Of a stretch of DNA of 64,000 bases, positions 1 to 12,500 are shown piece by piece (within the stretch, counting starts at the first letter, position 1; every line of letters begins with the position of its first letter). The DNA comes from Chromera velia. Taxonomy: Eukaryota. A program made the translations under genes and the position numbers. The DNA lies in NCBI GenBank assembly GCA_018398765.1, contig JAHBMJ010000112.1, positions 62,001 through 126,000 of the forward strand, in the 5' to 3' direction. The notes beneath the pieces were generated by a model, which saw only the letters and a list, made by a program, of their open reading frames with translations, had not been told where the DNA came from and made no database searches.

Positions 1-406
1 AATGCGCACCTGTACAGAGAAAGGGGGAGAACGGAGAGGGAATGGCGAAGGAAACAACCCAAGAAAAGAAAAGGGAAGTCATCGAACGAGGGAGGACGTG
101 TTCTTCTGCATGCACTTGTCTTGGAGTCTTCTTCTAAAGAAACAACCCAAGAAAAGAAAAGGGAAGTCATCGAACGAGGGAGGGCGTGTTCTTCTGCATG
201 CACTTGTCTTGGAGTCTTCTAAAGAAACAACCCAAGAAAAGAGAAGGGAAGTCATCGAACGAGGGAAGGCGTGTTCTTCTGCATGCACTTGTCTTGGAGT
301 CTTCTTCTACAGCAACCCTCTGCTTTGAGTGTTCCTGCATGACCGCTCACCCTTCCCCTCTCCCTCTCCTTCCTTGACACCGTCTCGCACAAAATCAAAG
401 AATACT

Positions 407-465
<59 letters not shown>

Positions 466-1686
466 NCCTTCCTTCCTTCATTGACCTTCCCCGTCTCGTT
501 TCTCTTCTCTGCTCTCGTCTTGTCTTTCTGTCTCTCTGTCCTCCTCACAAGTATCTATCCCTTCCTCTATGCAATGATTTGATTGACCCCCCGTCTCCCT
601 CCCTTCCTTCCTTCATTGACCTTCCCCGTCTCGTTTCTCTTCTCTGCTCTCGTCTTGTCTTTCTGTCTCTCTGTCCTCCTCACAAGTATCTATCCCTTCC
701 TCTATGCAATGATTTGATTGACCCCCCGTCTCCCTCCCTTCCTTCCTTCATTGACCTTCCCCGTCTCGTTTCTCTTCTCTGCTCTCGTCTTGTCTTTCTG
801 TCTCTCTGTCCTCCTCACAAGTATCTATCGCTTACTCTATGCAATGAATTGATTGACCCCCCGTCTCCCTCCCTTCCTTCCATTCTGACTGACGAAATCT
901 TCCTCCTTCAGGGCCTGCAGCTCCACCCTGACAGGGAGGCGGCCCTGGAGCTCTGCCATCATGTCCGAGGGCTTCACAGAGTGGAACGCGCCTGCATGCA
1001 GGGAGGGATTGAAGGCAGATCGAGAGAGAGCCGTACAAACAAAACAAAACAAAAAGATCAAGCAAGCCAACGTCTGGGCGCACGTGCATGCGCGCGCGCT
1101 CACACTCACAGAGAGACAGAGAGGGAGGGAGAGAGGGAGAGATTCTGTCTCGCACTCAGGGAGAGGTACGCAAGCACATGCGCTCACGAAACGCGAAAGT
1201 CCACCGGACAGCATGTTCCATGCATGCATTGGTCGACACTTCCATGTGTGTCTCCTTCCTGCATGCTCACCTGAAGCGATGAACAGAATGTGATCCGTCT
1301 TCACGTTTCCTGCACGAGAGAGAGAGAACGTTTTGTTTGCGCATCATGCAGTCAACAAGTGCATGGACGGTGGAAGGAAGGATTGGGTTAATGAACTGTA
1401 TTGCTGAATGAATAAAGGTACCACGTACCAGCCTACTCAGCCCAGAGAGACATTGGTTCGATTGAACAACCGCCATTTTGACCAAGTAAAGGATGGCATG
1501 GCTGTGTTTCTTTCTTTCTCGCTCCGCTCCGTTCCAAACGCCCAAATCACTCTTTCCCATCCCCCCATCCAATTGTTCCTCTACAAGGGCAGAGAGAGCC
1601 CCGAAAGAAAGAAAGAAAGAAAGAAAGAATGAAAGGGGAGAGAGAGAGAGAGAAAGAAAGAAAGAAAGAAAGAAAGGAAGAAAGGG

Positions 1687-1724
<38 letters not shown>

Positions 1725-1830
1725 AAGAAAGAAAGAAAGAAAGAAAAAAAGAAAGAAAGAAAAAAAGAAAGGAGGGAGGGAGAGAGAGAGAGAGAGAGAG
1801 AGAGAAAGAAAGAAAGAAAGAAAGGAGAGT

Positions 1831-1928
<98 letters not shown>

Positions 1929-1937
1929 AAGAAAGAA

Positions 1938-1968
<31 letters not shown>

Positions 1969-1994
1969 GAGAGGGAGAGAGAGAGAGAGAAAAA

Positions 1995-2025
<31 letters not shown>

Positions 2026-2027
2026 GA

Positions 2028-2075
<48 letters not shown>

Positions 2076-2193
2076 AAAGAAAGAAAGAAAGAAAGAAAGG
2101 AGAGGGAGAGGGAGAGGGAGAGAGAGAGGGAGAGAGAGAAAAAAAGAAAGAAAGAAAGAAAAGAAAGAAAGAAAGAAAGAAAGAAAGGAAGGA

Positions 2194-2235
<42 letters not shown>

Positions 2236-2252
2236 AAGAAAGGAGGGAGAGA

Positions 2253-2314
<62 letters not shown>

Positions 2315-2558
2315 GACAGAGAGAAAGAAAGAAATAAATAAAGGAGAGGGAGAGAGAGAGAGAGAGGGAGAGAGAGAGAGAGAAAGAAAGAAAGGAGAGG
2401 GGGGGAGAGAGAGAGAGAGAGAGAGAGAGAAAGAAAGAAAGAAAGAAAGAAACAAAAGAGAGGGAGAGAGGGAGAGAGAGAGAGAAAGGAAGAAAGAAAG
2501 AAAGAAAGAAAAGAAAAGAAAGAAAAAAAGAAAGAAAGAAAGGAGAGGGAGAGAGAGA

Positions 2559-2594
<36 letters not shown>

Positions 2595-2628
2595 AAAGAA
2601 AGAAAGAAAGAAAGAAAGGAAGAAAGGG

Positions 2629-2670
<42 letters not shown>

Positions 2671-4978
2671 ACCAGACATCCCTCGATGAGGGGGAGAAGG
2701 TCCCGTTGGACGCCCTCAGCAGAGGCGTCGGGACCTGAGTAGCTCTTCGTCTGCATGCGCACGCACATGCATGTGGGTCCACCACCAGCGTAGATGTGGA
2801 AACATGAGTGGCCTTTTATGTGTAGACATGCGTATAAGAAGAGAGGTCAGCGGAAGTTGAGTCAAGGTGCCGTTGGGGGGTGGTCGAGGTGAGAACACAT
2901 TACGGGGGGTAATGAAGGAGAAGGAACGCAGCCACGAAAAGGATCGCAAAGAAAAGGAGGAAAGAAGGAACGCCGCGTGCGAAGAGGAAGGAAAACCCAC
3001 ACAGACAGCTGGACAGACAGGCACAAGCACACATCCATGCATACATCTATTCTCCTTCTCTCAAAAAAATCCACTGGAATATTCAAAGAGGTTCAGTTGC
3101 ACCCACCCCCTTTGTACAAATTTTGTCGATTTCGTCAATGAAGACGATTCCCTCCTCTTCACAAGAAGACACAGCTCTCTGCATAAGCATCTCAGTGGAG
3201 ATTTTCCTGTTGAACTCGGCCTGCATCATCTTGCTTCGTGCTTCCGACACACTCATCGCTACTTTCCCTCCTGCACCTCCGCTGCTCCCTCTGCACAAGA
3301 AAGAAAGAGAGCACGGATCGTCAAACAAGAAGCACAGAAGAAACTTAACGCAACATTTAAGGAGAAAACGGTTCCCGAAGACAGTGAGAGACAAACACGT
3401 CGCAGCGTGCCTGTCTGCTTCATTGATGCATGAAGACCAATGTCAATGTACAGCAGTAGTCTGTCTCTTGTTTGACCACTGAAAGAAACGTCATCTTTTT
3501 GATCATTGAGACCATTTCATTCTTGTTGCGAGTGCGTTTGTTTGGACGGGCGACTAGTGTAGGGAAGGGAAGAGGGAGTTGGTCATCCGCCTGCCACGTC
3601 ATTGACTCAGGCACCTGTCCACTCATTGAGTGTCGGTGATTTGCTGACCGCTTTTTGCTGCCCTGAATGATCACGGTCGGCCTGCCGCTACTCGAGTCCC
3701 CCTCCCTCACAAAGGTCTCAAAAATAGCGGGGTCTGTCTGCCCCCCCCGTGGTTCCATGCTTCCCTCTGCAAGAGCCGAAGAGGGGGGGAATACATGAAT
3801 GAAGAGGAATGCACAGTCAAGGAATGAAAAGGCATAGTCAAGGAAAGCGACGTGCAGATGGTTGGCAGAAGAGCGAGAACGGGGGGCAACAGACACAGAC
3901 TGCAAGACAGACAGACACGCTCCAAAACAGAAACAGACGCACGCAGGAGAAGAGACACTGGAGAGGGCAGAAGAGGATGTCACCTGAAGCAGACAGAGAG
4001 ACAGAGATAGAGAAGCACCGAGGGAGAGGGCCTACCAGGGTTTTGCAGATGCACCTCTGCCATGTTCACCACGTCTTGTGGCACGTCCACTTCCCTCTCG
4101 TCCAGCTCTCCCCTGGAAAGTTGCTCCGCTGTCGTCTTATCTTCTTTCTCGTCGACTTTTCCAAAAATCATTTCAAGAAGCTTTTTGGACACAACGGCTT
4201 CCACCTCCTCCCTCATTTCTTCCTCCAGAACCCCCCTTTGCCTCTTCATCGCCAACTCTACCAAATCCTTCAAAATCGAGTCCACGTCTCTTCCATGAAA
4301 ACCTACTTCTGTAAATTTCGTTGCTTCGACTTTGATGAAAGGCGCATCCACAAGCTTTGACAGACGGCGTGCTATTTCCGTCTTGCCCACTCCTGTAGGG
4401 CCTATCATCAAAATGTTCTTTGGGGTGATGTCGTCCCGCAGTTCGTGATCTTTCAACTGCAAACGCCGCCACCGACTTCGAAGTGCGTTCGCCACTGCAC
4501 GCTTCGCATCTCCCTGACCAACTATATACTTATCAAGATAATCAACCATCTCGCTCGGTTTCAGATTCTTCCTCTCTCTTGAACTCATCTTCCCCGTCTC
4601 CTTCTCCTTGCTTCCTGTCTCCTCCACTTCCCTCTTCTCTGTGCTCTCATGCTGAGCGGAAGACGAAGACGAGGTACCAGAACCACTACTGCTGCTACTG
4701 CTGGTGCTGCTGCCCACGTCGAATGAAAAAGGACGGGGCTCCGACGGGACTGTCCAGCTGGTCAGAGGCGGAACCGGCATCCCAGGAGGGGGTTTGTACT
4801 CTGCAGGTGTGCCAATAGAGGAAGAGACCCAGCTGACAAAACAACGGACACCAGAGCCACCAGCAGACCGGGGTCCAGGGAGAGTCTCCATCACGGGACG
4901 TGCCGTGAGTCTGCGAACCTGAGTGCAGACATCGACCGCGAGAGACCCGAACTGACGGGTGAGAGAAGACGACGACAT
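1..4978 (-). CDS. hslU: ATP-dependent protease ATPase subunit HslU/ClpY, probably mitochondrial; multi-exon, 3' end runs off the window start
   Basis: Motifs [33 protein letters not shown] (Walker A), [30 protein letters not shown] (Walker B), [37 protein letters not shown]. Exons with GT-AG and consistent phase: 4978-4036, 3766-3649, 3290-3107, 2750-2673, 1309-1271, 991-894, 9-<1 (VRI). A ~5-codon piece between 2673 and 1309 was not found. Ser/Arg-rich N-terminal extension. Confidence 0.96.
51..308. repeat. Intronic tandem repeat, ~85-88 bp unit x3
   Basis: GAAACAACCCAAGAAAAG...CATGCACTTGTCTTGGAGTCTTCT recurs at ~51, ~139 and ~224. Confidence 0.9.
468..883. repeat. Intronic tandem repeat, 135 bp unit x3
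   Basis: GATTGACCCCCCGTCTCCC at 581, 716 and 851; copies are near-identical. Confidence 0.92.
1603..2670. repeat. Compound (GA)n/(GAAA)n microsatellite in an hslU intron
   Basis: ~1.07 kb of almost pure purine on +, i.e. pyrimidine on the sense strand. Confidence 0.98.
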
Positions 4979-5209
4979 GTTTGTCTGGCCAGTAGGCGAT
5001 CAGACAGAGACTGTCTCCCCTGGATCGATCTACAGACACACGACACACGGTAGACCTGGAACTATAAGAACGAAACTTGCTACGGCCTATGGAAGGACAA
5101 TGATCTCATTGAATGGATAGGAACCTTCGGTTGAACAAAGTATGCGCTACCAGCTCCGAGAACTTATGAATGAAGGTCATGACTGACTCTGTGCGGTCGG
5201 CACGCGTAT

Positions 5210-5330
5210 ACTGCATGGGCCGCGGTCGGGCGCTCGGTCGGGCCCGCGCGTGGGCAGACGCGCACTTCCGCCTTTCGGGACCGGGCCCGCCGGCCCGGCT
5301 CTTCTCATTGAAGCGTTGCATGCATGCAGT
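5210..5330. promoter_or_regulatory. GC-rich island with TGCATG(CA) motifs between the divergent hslU and giant gene
   Basis: CTGCATGGGCCGCGGTCGGGCGCTCGGTCGGGCCCGCGCG...TGCATGCATGCA. Similar islands precede other genes in the window. Confidence 0.5.
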
Positions 5331-6486
5331 GTTGCTCTGACACGAGTGTTGCATCATCAACATGTGCGTGCAACAAATTAACTTGAGAAATTTGTACGTC
5401 ATTTTCAGGTACAGAGCACCATATATATTCACGAGGTATACGCGTGGAACGCAGCGACTTGATTCGGTCCACATTTATGCAGCACTGCAGCAGCAGGAGC
5501 GCATTCGAGACCTTGGATCGGACTGGTGCGTCATTGCAAAACGAACAAAAGAAGAAGTACAGCGCGTGCGTGTATAGCTTTACTTATACTTAGACTTTGG
5601 TGCAGACCACGTGGATCAATGACAGCTCGTAACCTGATCGGGCTTCTGTAGACCCTAAGACCCACTGTCGCTAGCTTTTATAATCCCAGCAATGCCTTCG
5701 AAGACGAAGGGAGAACACCACTCTTCTTATTGGGCTGCAGACGCGCAAGGTCGAAGCAAGTGGAGAGAAGGGTCAGTTATTTAGGAAACGTGAGGCACGA
5801 AAGACCACCTTCAAAAGGTCTCTTTAGAGTGATAAACAACACATATATACTCAAAGAAACATGCATATGCAAACTGTTTTCTCAGTGCTGTTTGCTTTTT
5901 TTCTTTGTCGATTGCTCATTTGCAGCAGCCAGAAGAAGGGGCAAACAAGGGACCTTCGAGGACGCTCAGATGGAAGAGAAACGGCGGTGCAATCTTACAA
6001 ACGACGGTCTGTTGTTTACGCAAACACAACCAATCAAGTGTGTGTGAGGGTCTTTCCACAGCGTCATATCAGGACATTCAGATCTTGGAATGTTTTTTTT
6101 TTGCGCTTTCTTCCATGCATTTCATTCGCCTCCTGAGCCGGCCCTTTACCTGGATATGCACTCTTGTATCTTCATGCTGCCCTGTTGTGTTCGGTCTGCC
6201 TACCCGCCGGCTTGGCTGGCCACCAGCCTGTCTGTGTCTGTTCGACTGTCGCTGCGCAACTTGTCGCTGGCATGTCTACTAATTCCTGATTTCTCAGTCG
6301 GACTCCTCCCATCCATCCGCCTGCCTGCGTGTCTGTCTGTCCGTCTACGCTACTCTGAAGAAAGAGTGTGGCAAGAAGAACGAAACACATGGTCTGTCTG
6401 CGTGCACACAAATGTCTTCGTCTGTGACCGTGTGTGCGAGGTGCGATTGTGCATGTGTACGTGTGAGTGTGTGTGCGGGTGTATGT

Positions 6487-6553
<67 letters not shown>

Positions 6554-6596
6554 CGTGTGCGTGTGCAGGAGCGGCCTCTCTTCTGCATTCGCTTCC

Positions 6597-9500
6597 ATGG
6601 AGCCTTTGGGAGGGGCGAGTGGAGAGGGGGGCAAGCGGGGAGCTTCTTCAAGGATAGAGAACAGAAACACAACAGGTCAAACAAACGTCTGCATCGATAT
6701 CGCATCTTTTGATTTCAACCGCTACCCTCCGTGCTCTGTTTCGGTCTCTCTTTCGCTTGGCTGGCGATCTAGCCAGCCCGATGCCTGACGTCGCACATGC
6801 AGAGTGTGCCAGCCTGTCCTCAAGGACTGACAGATCGAGCGAGAGAGGAAAGGAAAGCACCATAGCAATACGGTTTGTATAAAGAAACGTAAGTGGATTG
6901 AGGGAATGACTGGATGTTCAATGGCCATGCACACTGAAGCAAACCCGACCATGCAGAGATACCACCTTCAGACTGTCTCCTTTCCTGTGCGTGCATGCAG
7001 TTGCAGTTTCAGGCTCTGCCTATCTTTCGGGGGTTTCCAGCACTGGGAGGGAGCAGCAGCAGTTCGAAAGCGTTCGACCATCTCTCCCGATTTTTGGAAA
7101 GAGGGAACCTTGCCAGCTCGAGTATGGATTTTGGGACAGAAGGAGAAGCAGAGGGAAGGAAGAAGAAAAGAGAGGAGGAGAGGCTTCAGAGAGGAAGAAG
7201 AAGAAGCGTTGCTGGGTCCACTGGAGAAAGAGGAAGAGGGAGGCGAGTGTCGAACGTCCCCTCCAGCCGTCCCAGTAGATCTCCGGAAGTGGATGAGAAC
7301 TCAGAGATGGAGAAGCAAAAGGCAGGAAGGGGGGGACCTCCGGCCTCTCTTCCCTTCCTTCAGGATGGCTTGCTGAGGTGTGTCAGACGAGAGGAGGGGA
7401 AGAAAGAAAGAGAAAGAGAGAGAGAGGGGGGGGGGGGGGGGGNNNNNNNNNNNNNNNNNNNNGGGAGAAAGAGAGAAGAAACGAACGAAGGAGATCCAAC
7501 CTATACAAAAAAGAGACATGTGTACTCAGAGCGTTCGCTTTACTTTCTTATTCAGCTCCTTGCGCTCTTTGTTCTTTGTTTTCATAGACTTGTGTTTCTT
7601 TTGAAGCAATATGAATTTCTGCTGTTGTGTGCCTGTCTTCTCTCCCTCTGCAGATGCGTGAGGCTCTGCAATGACTTCGCGACTCTCCACGAGAACGCGT
7701 CTGTTGGAATTTGCGAAAAGAGGGGGGGGGCTGCGACAATCCTCCAAAAGGATAGGTTGAAGCACAGGAGGAGAGACTCAGAGGAGAGGCCTCAGGCCGT
7801 CTCTCTTTCTCCTTCTGCGGGGGGATGTGCTGGAACGATATCGTTGGGATGGTGGGAGCTTGTCTGCTCCCGCTTGCCTTTATTTGTTGCGGCAGTGATC
7901 CTAGTCGTCCTCGTTGCTCTGCCGGAACATCTGTCAAGCACCAAATGGGCTCGGTCAGTTGCCTCCTCTAGACAGGAATGCACAAGGAGTGTCCTGTGCT
8001 GCCTCATTGAGAACATCAAGTGAGAAGGAGCGCATGTCTGATTTTGCACCAGTTTCCTTTTGCGTCTTTTCTGGTCTGTGATGAATGAGCCGCTTCTCCA
8101 CTTCTGTCTCTTTTTTTATTTCCTCAACTTTTTTGGTCTGTGCAGAGGCCTGGTGACGGCATCATTTGGTGTGGTGGTGGTGATCCTTGTGGTTTCTCTG
8201 TTCGTTCCGTTGGAACGCTTTGTGGAGAGAGCCCGACTCGGTGCGGTAGCGTTTAGAGCCCTTGGCAGACAGACAGAGATGGCATATGGTTTGGCTGTGA
8301 GGGAGGAAGGGAGGGTGAGAAAGAGGGGGGAGGACAATACAGAGAGAAGGTGGGAAATAGAGCGTGTGATGATTAGAGCACAGACGGCTCTGCGGAGCGC
8401 TCGCACGGACTTTCGACTTCCTTCCTGGGTCCTTTTTGGCTTCTGTAACTGCACGAGACGGAAAACGAGGCACTCACCTCATGAAGAAGAGCAGGGGACG
8501 GGACAGAGAGTGGGTGCCAGAAGAAAGAAAAAACAGACAGACGTGACGCACAGACCTTCGTATGGGCGGAGTGTTCCTCCCAAGGATTTCAGAGTGAAAG
8601 ATCGACACGGATCAGATAGTGATGATCGACTGGCTCGACAGGAGGAAGGGGAGGCGAGTCTGTCTGAGCGCTTCGGAGAAAGGACCAAACAGCACAAGTC
8701 GCCAGAGAGAAGGGAGGCACCTAGAGACTTTCTCAAATATTCTTTGTTTTCCCCAAAGAGGCCACGCTTGGGGCAGAAGAATAAAAAGGATTCTCGAGAT
8801 TTTAGTTGTGCTCAAAATCTCAGAACAGAAGAAGAAATACAAAGCAAAAGAGAGGTAGAGAGGCCCAAATCACCACCCAACAGAAGCAAAAAGGTCCATG
8901 AGCTCAGAACTCCCTCCATGGACTTCTCTTGTGGGGGCACTCTGGCTCATGACGATGGGAGTCGGTGTATTTCTGCGTCGAACAGCATTCATTTGCCCTC
9001 ACCCTTCTTCTCACCCCTTTCTGACCCCTCATCATCTGATGACCTTAGACCACGAACACAGGCCCAGACCCTTCCACTGCATCCCTCAAAGAGGAAGGAG
9101 ACGGGCACCTCCGGCCCCCCGTCTCGCAGACGAGACACAAGACTCCAGAGGGAATCGCCACTGCAGAGAGGAAGAGGAAGAGGGAGAGAAACAAACTGGA
9201 ACGCGAGAACGCCCTCTGCCTTCAATCGGAGTAGACCCAAAGAAGCAACAGTGCCTGTACAGTCCTTCCAGTCTTCATCCACTGAGACCATGTCCGAAGC
9301 CTCGAAGCTCAAGGAGACCAGACCTCTTCCCTTGCCTTCTCCCCTTTCCCCAAATTCGCATTCACCAAAAGACCACAGAGCTCTTCAAATACCGCCCCGC
9401 TTCTCGACACCTACCGAGACCCTTTACGAACCACCAATTTACGCAGAATTTGAACATAACCGCACTTCACCCCCTCAAGCCCCTCTAAATTTGCCCAAAA

Positions 9501-12500
9501 CGGAAAGACCCACAGATGTCAGAGAAAGCGGCCGCTCCACGACCCCCTACAGCACCAGAAGGACGGAAAGAAGACAAATTCAGGAAACCCTCTCTCCAAT
9601 GACTCAAGCCAGTCGACGAAAGTCATTGGAAACGACTCGGCACCAGCCTCCATTCAACAAAAACAAACTCTCCGCAGCTGCGGATGCAATGTCATCCTCA
9701 AGTGCTCTCTCCAGATCGACTCGAGGACAACATGGGGGGCAGGGCAACCCAGCAGGGAGACTTGACCTCCAATCGCCTGAGGATGTTTTTGCACGAAGTG
9801 ACACTGAGACGACTCATGATGATGTGGAACACAAACACAAACAGGCTCAGCAGAAACGACACCAGTCAGTTCCGTGCAGAAGACCGCCACTGCCTCCTCC
9901 GTCAGCAATTTCTCTGTCGGTGCACAAGCTTACAAAAACAAAACGTTTACGTGCGCATCCCTGCGAACATCTTTCCCCACCCTCTTCCGTTTGTCGTACC
10001 CCCTTTCGCCCTCCCAGCTCACAGCGCAGAGACAAAAAACGCCAAACCCAAGTAAAACCACCAGAATATGCTCATGACAAAACAGTCACCAGGTTCAACC
10101 AAGTGGCAGAAGACGCGCCCTCACAGCAGCCTGTCGGGACCGCTTTGACACCCAGCAGCTCAATCGTTGACCTCCTTGGCCCCAAAACAGACCCCGTGCC
10201 CCGGCGTGAAACCCTGAGAATCAGCGAGCCAGTCCAGCCCGTCCATTCCTATCTTCCCTCCAACCCCTCACCCGAAAACCCAGGACCTTCATCCGCATCG
10301 CATTGGGGTCCCTCCACAGCCCTAGTCCTTCAGGTCCCTTCTGTACCTCCACGACGCCGGCTTCCCCCCTCCCCCCCTCAGAGAGGAAATCTAATCATAG
10401 AGGAATCCCCCGTAGCTGCAGACCCTCCTGTACAAGTCTCAGAGAGAAAGAAAGGGGCAGGCCGCATTCGAGGCACAAAGAGGATTGCTCCGAGGGCCCT
10501 TCTTCAAGTTGAACACTCAGTCAGTCAATCAGTCAGTGATTCAGTCAGTCAGTCAGTCAGTCAGTCAGGTAGGCAGCCAATCAATCAGCTAGTCGGCCAG
10601 CCAACCAGTCAGTCATTCATTCACTGAATGAGTCAGCCAGTCAGCCGGTCAGTCAGAGAGTCGCGTGGTCCGTCAGTCAGACAAGGCAGGCAAAGAGACC
10701 GAAAGGACGAAAAGAAAGAACAAAGGAACTAAGGGAAGGAGGAAGAAGGGGAACGAGGGGAAGGAGGCGAAAGAGAAGAAAACACCATCTCTCCAAGAAC
10801 TTTCCCTCTTCATTCTCTCCATCATCTCCTTTTGTCTTAATTCTGCAGGCAGAGGCAGCCCCTTGCAGACCTCCCCTTCCGCTCACGGATCCCCGAATTA
10901 TGCGCGAAAGGGAGAGGGAGAGGGAAAGAGACTCCCGGCAGCAGGCTGCTGTAGCGATAGTCGATGAGAGTGGACATAATGCTGTCGGAGCCTTGCATCA
11001 AGAGTCAGCAGTTGAAAGGGAAAGGGAAAGAGAGAGACCACAAAGACACCTCCCCCAGCAGCAGCCAAGACCTGGTCGTACTCTCGGAAGGCGATCAATC
11101 TCTTCCCTTGACCCCCTGATGCCTGCTGCTGCTGCCGTCTCCTCAATCAACTCGCTACAGGGAATGCAGCAACCTGCAATGAGCTCCATTTCAAATTTGC
11201 AGACAGCCAATGGGGATTTATCTTCGCACTATCGCTCCTCCACCAATCCGCAACAACAACCTGCCGCAGTTCCTATCTATTGGCCGTATGCATCTCCTCC
11301 TGTCATCTCCATCATTCAGCAACCCCCGCCGCCTACCGATTCTTCAGCCCCTGGCCCCAAAACGCAGTTGGGCGATCCTTTTGTGCCAGTCCAGAGCGCA
11401 TCCTCTTGTTCCCAACCGGACCTTTCTAACCCTCCCGGTGGTATTTCTATTCTTTCGCCGCCCCAAATTCCACGGTCGAAGTATAAAAAGAAAGGTAAGA
11501 GAAAGGAAGCAAAATTGACGAGATCCCTGAGTGCACCCTCCTTTCAACAAGGCTCGGGGGGGTCTCGAGTCTTTGTCTCTCGCTCAAGGTCGAGGTCTCT
11601 CTCTCCGCCAGGCAGCATTTCTTTCCTTGCCCGACAAAGCACCCACACGCAAATCCCCACGTGTGCCCCCGCTGTAGCATACAAGAGCACTTTCTGCGTG
11701 GAGGGATGCCCCCTCCCCCCTCCTGTTCCACATCCTCTTGTGTCCTCGTCTCAAGAAGGAGATGGAACAAGCGAGAGTGACGCAGGCGCGGAAGAAGGAG
11801 CAGCTCTTGGCAGAGAGAGAGAGGGTGGTGCCTTGTCATCGCTTTCCCTCGTTCCCCCAGCTCAGGCAGCTGTTCTCGATCGGAAAGAAAATCCACGCAC
11901 CCCTTCACCTCCGCGTTTGCCGGAGTTGACAGGGCCACACTTTGGTTTTGCCGATGACATGCAGGTCAGTCGCCAACAACCTAGATAGGATCGAGAGGAC
12001 TCAGGAAAGAAGCGAACAATTATCGTGCCTTCGACATTCCACTTTTCTTTCTTTTTGCCTTCAAGTAACAGTGGTAGTCACGCACGTCGTTCTTGAATGT
12101 AGCGCTTTTTTTGTGATCTTCTTTTCTTTTAATCATACAAACCTTTCCCCTTCGCCCTTCTCTGTCCTTCTTGATGCAGCCACGGTTGATTCGGAAGGGA
12201 TCCCGCTCACTTGCGCCTCTCCTTCAATCGCCATCCGCATCCCCCCGAGTCCACGGTTGGTCTGAGTGGAGTGTAGAGCTGTGTGACATTCACATTTCCC
12301 TCGTTTCTTCTTTCTTCGTTCATCGTCTGGCTCCTGGGCAGTTGCCATGGGGACTCCCTTCCTCATTCCGATTCTTCCCTTCGTGCTTGCTTGCAGTGGC
12401 TCCGGTCAACGCCAACAAGCGAAGAGGGAGCAGAGGCACGGGCCCAAGACCCAGGCAGCCAAGGGACCCCAGAAGCCGGGGCGGGTTCTCGCTTCCTGCA

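Noticed and set aside
381..404. Candidate hslU micro-exon YSLILCET
   Set aside because: The exon starting at position 9 (VRI) follows EEDF directly and fits the HslU consensus better.
51..883. Regularly spaced repeats as a CRISPR array (also 30455-30578 and 39680-40126)
   Set aside because: Head-to-tail tandem units with no unique spacers, inside eukaryotic introns, and no cas genes.
1267..2785. Long ORFs of 282-470 aa (SL/FL/ERK-rich)
   Set aside because: Translations of the (GA)/(GAAA) microsatellite in an hslU intron.
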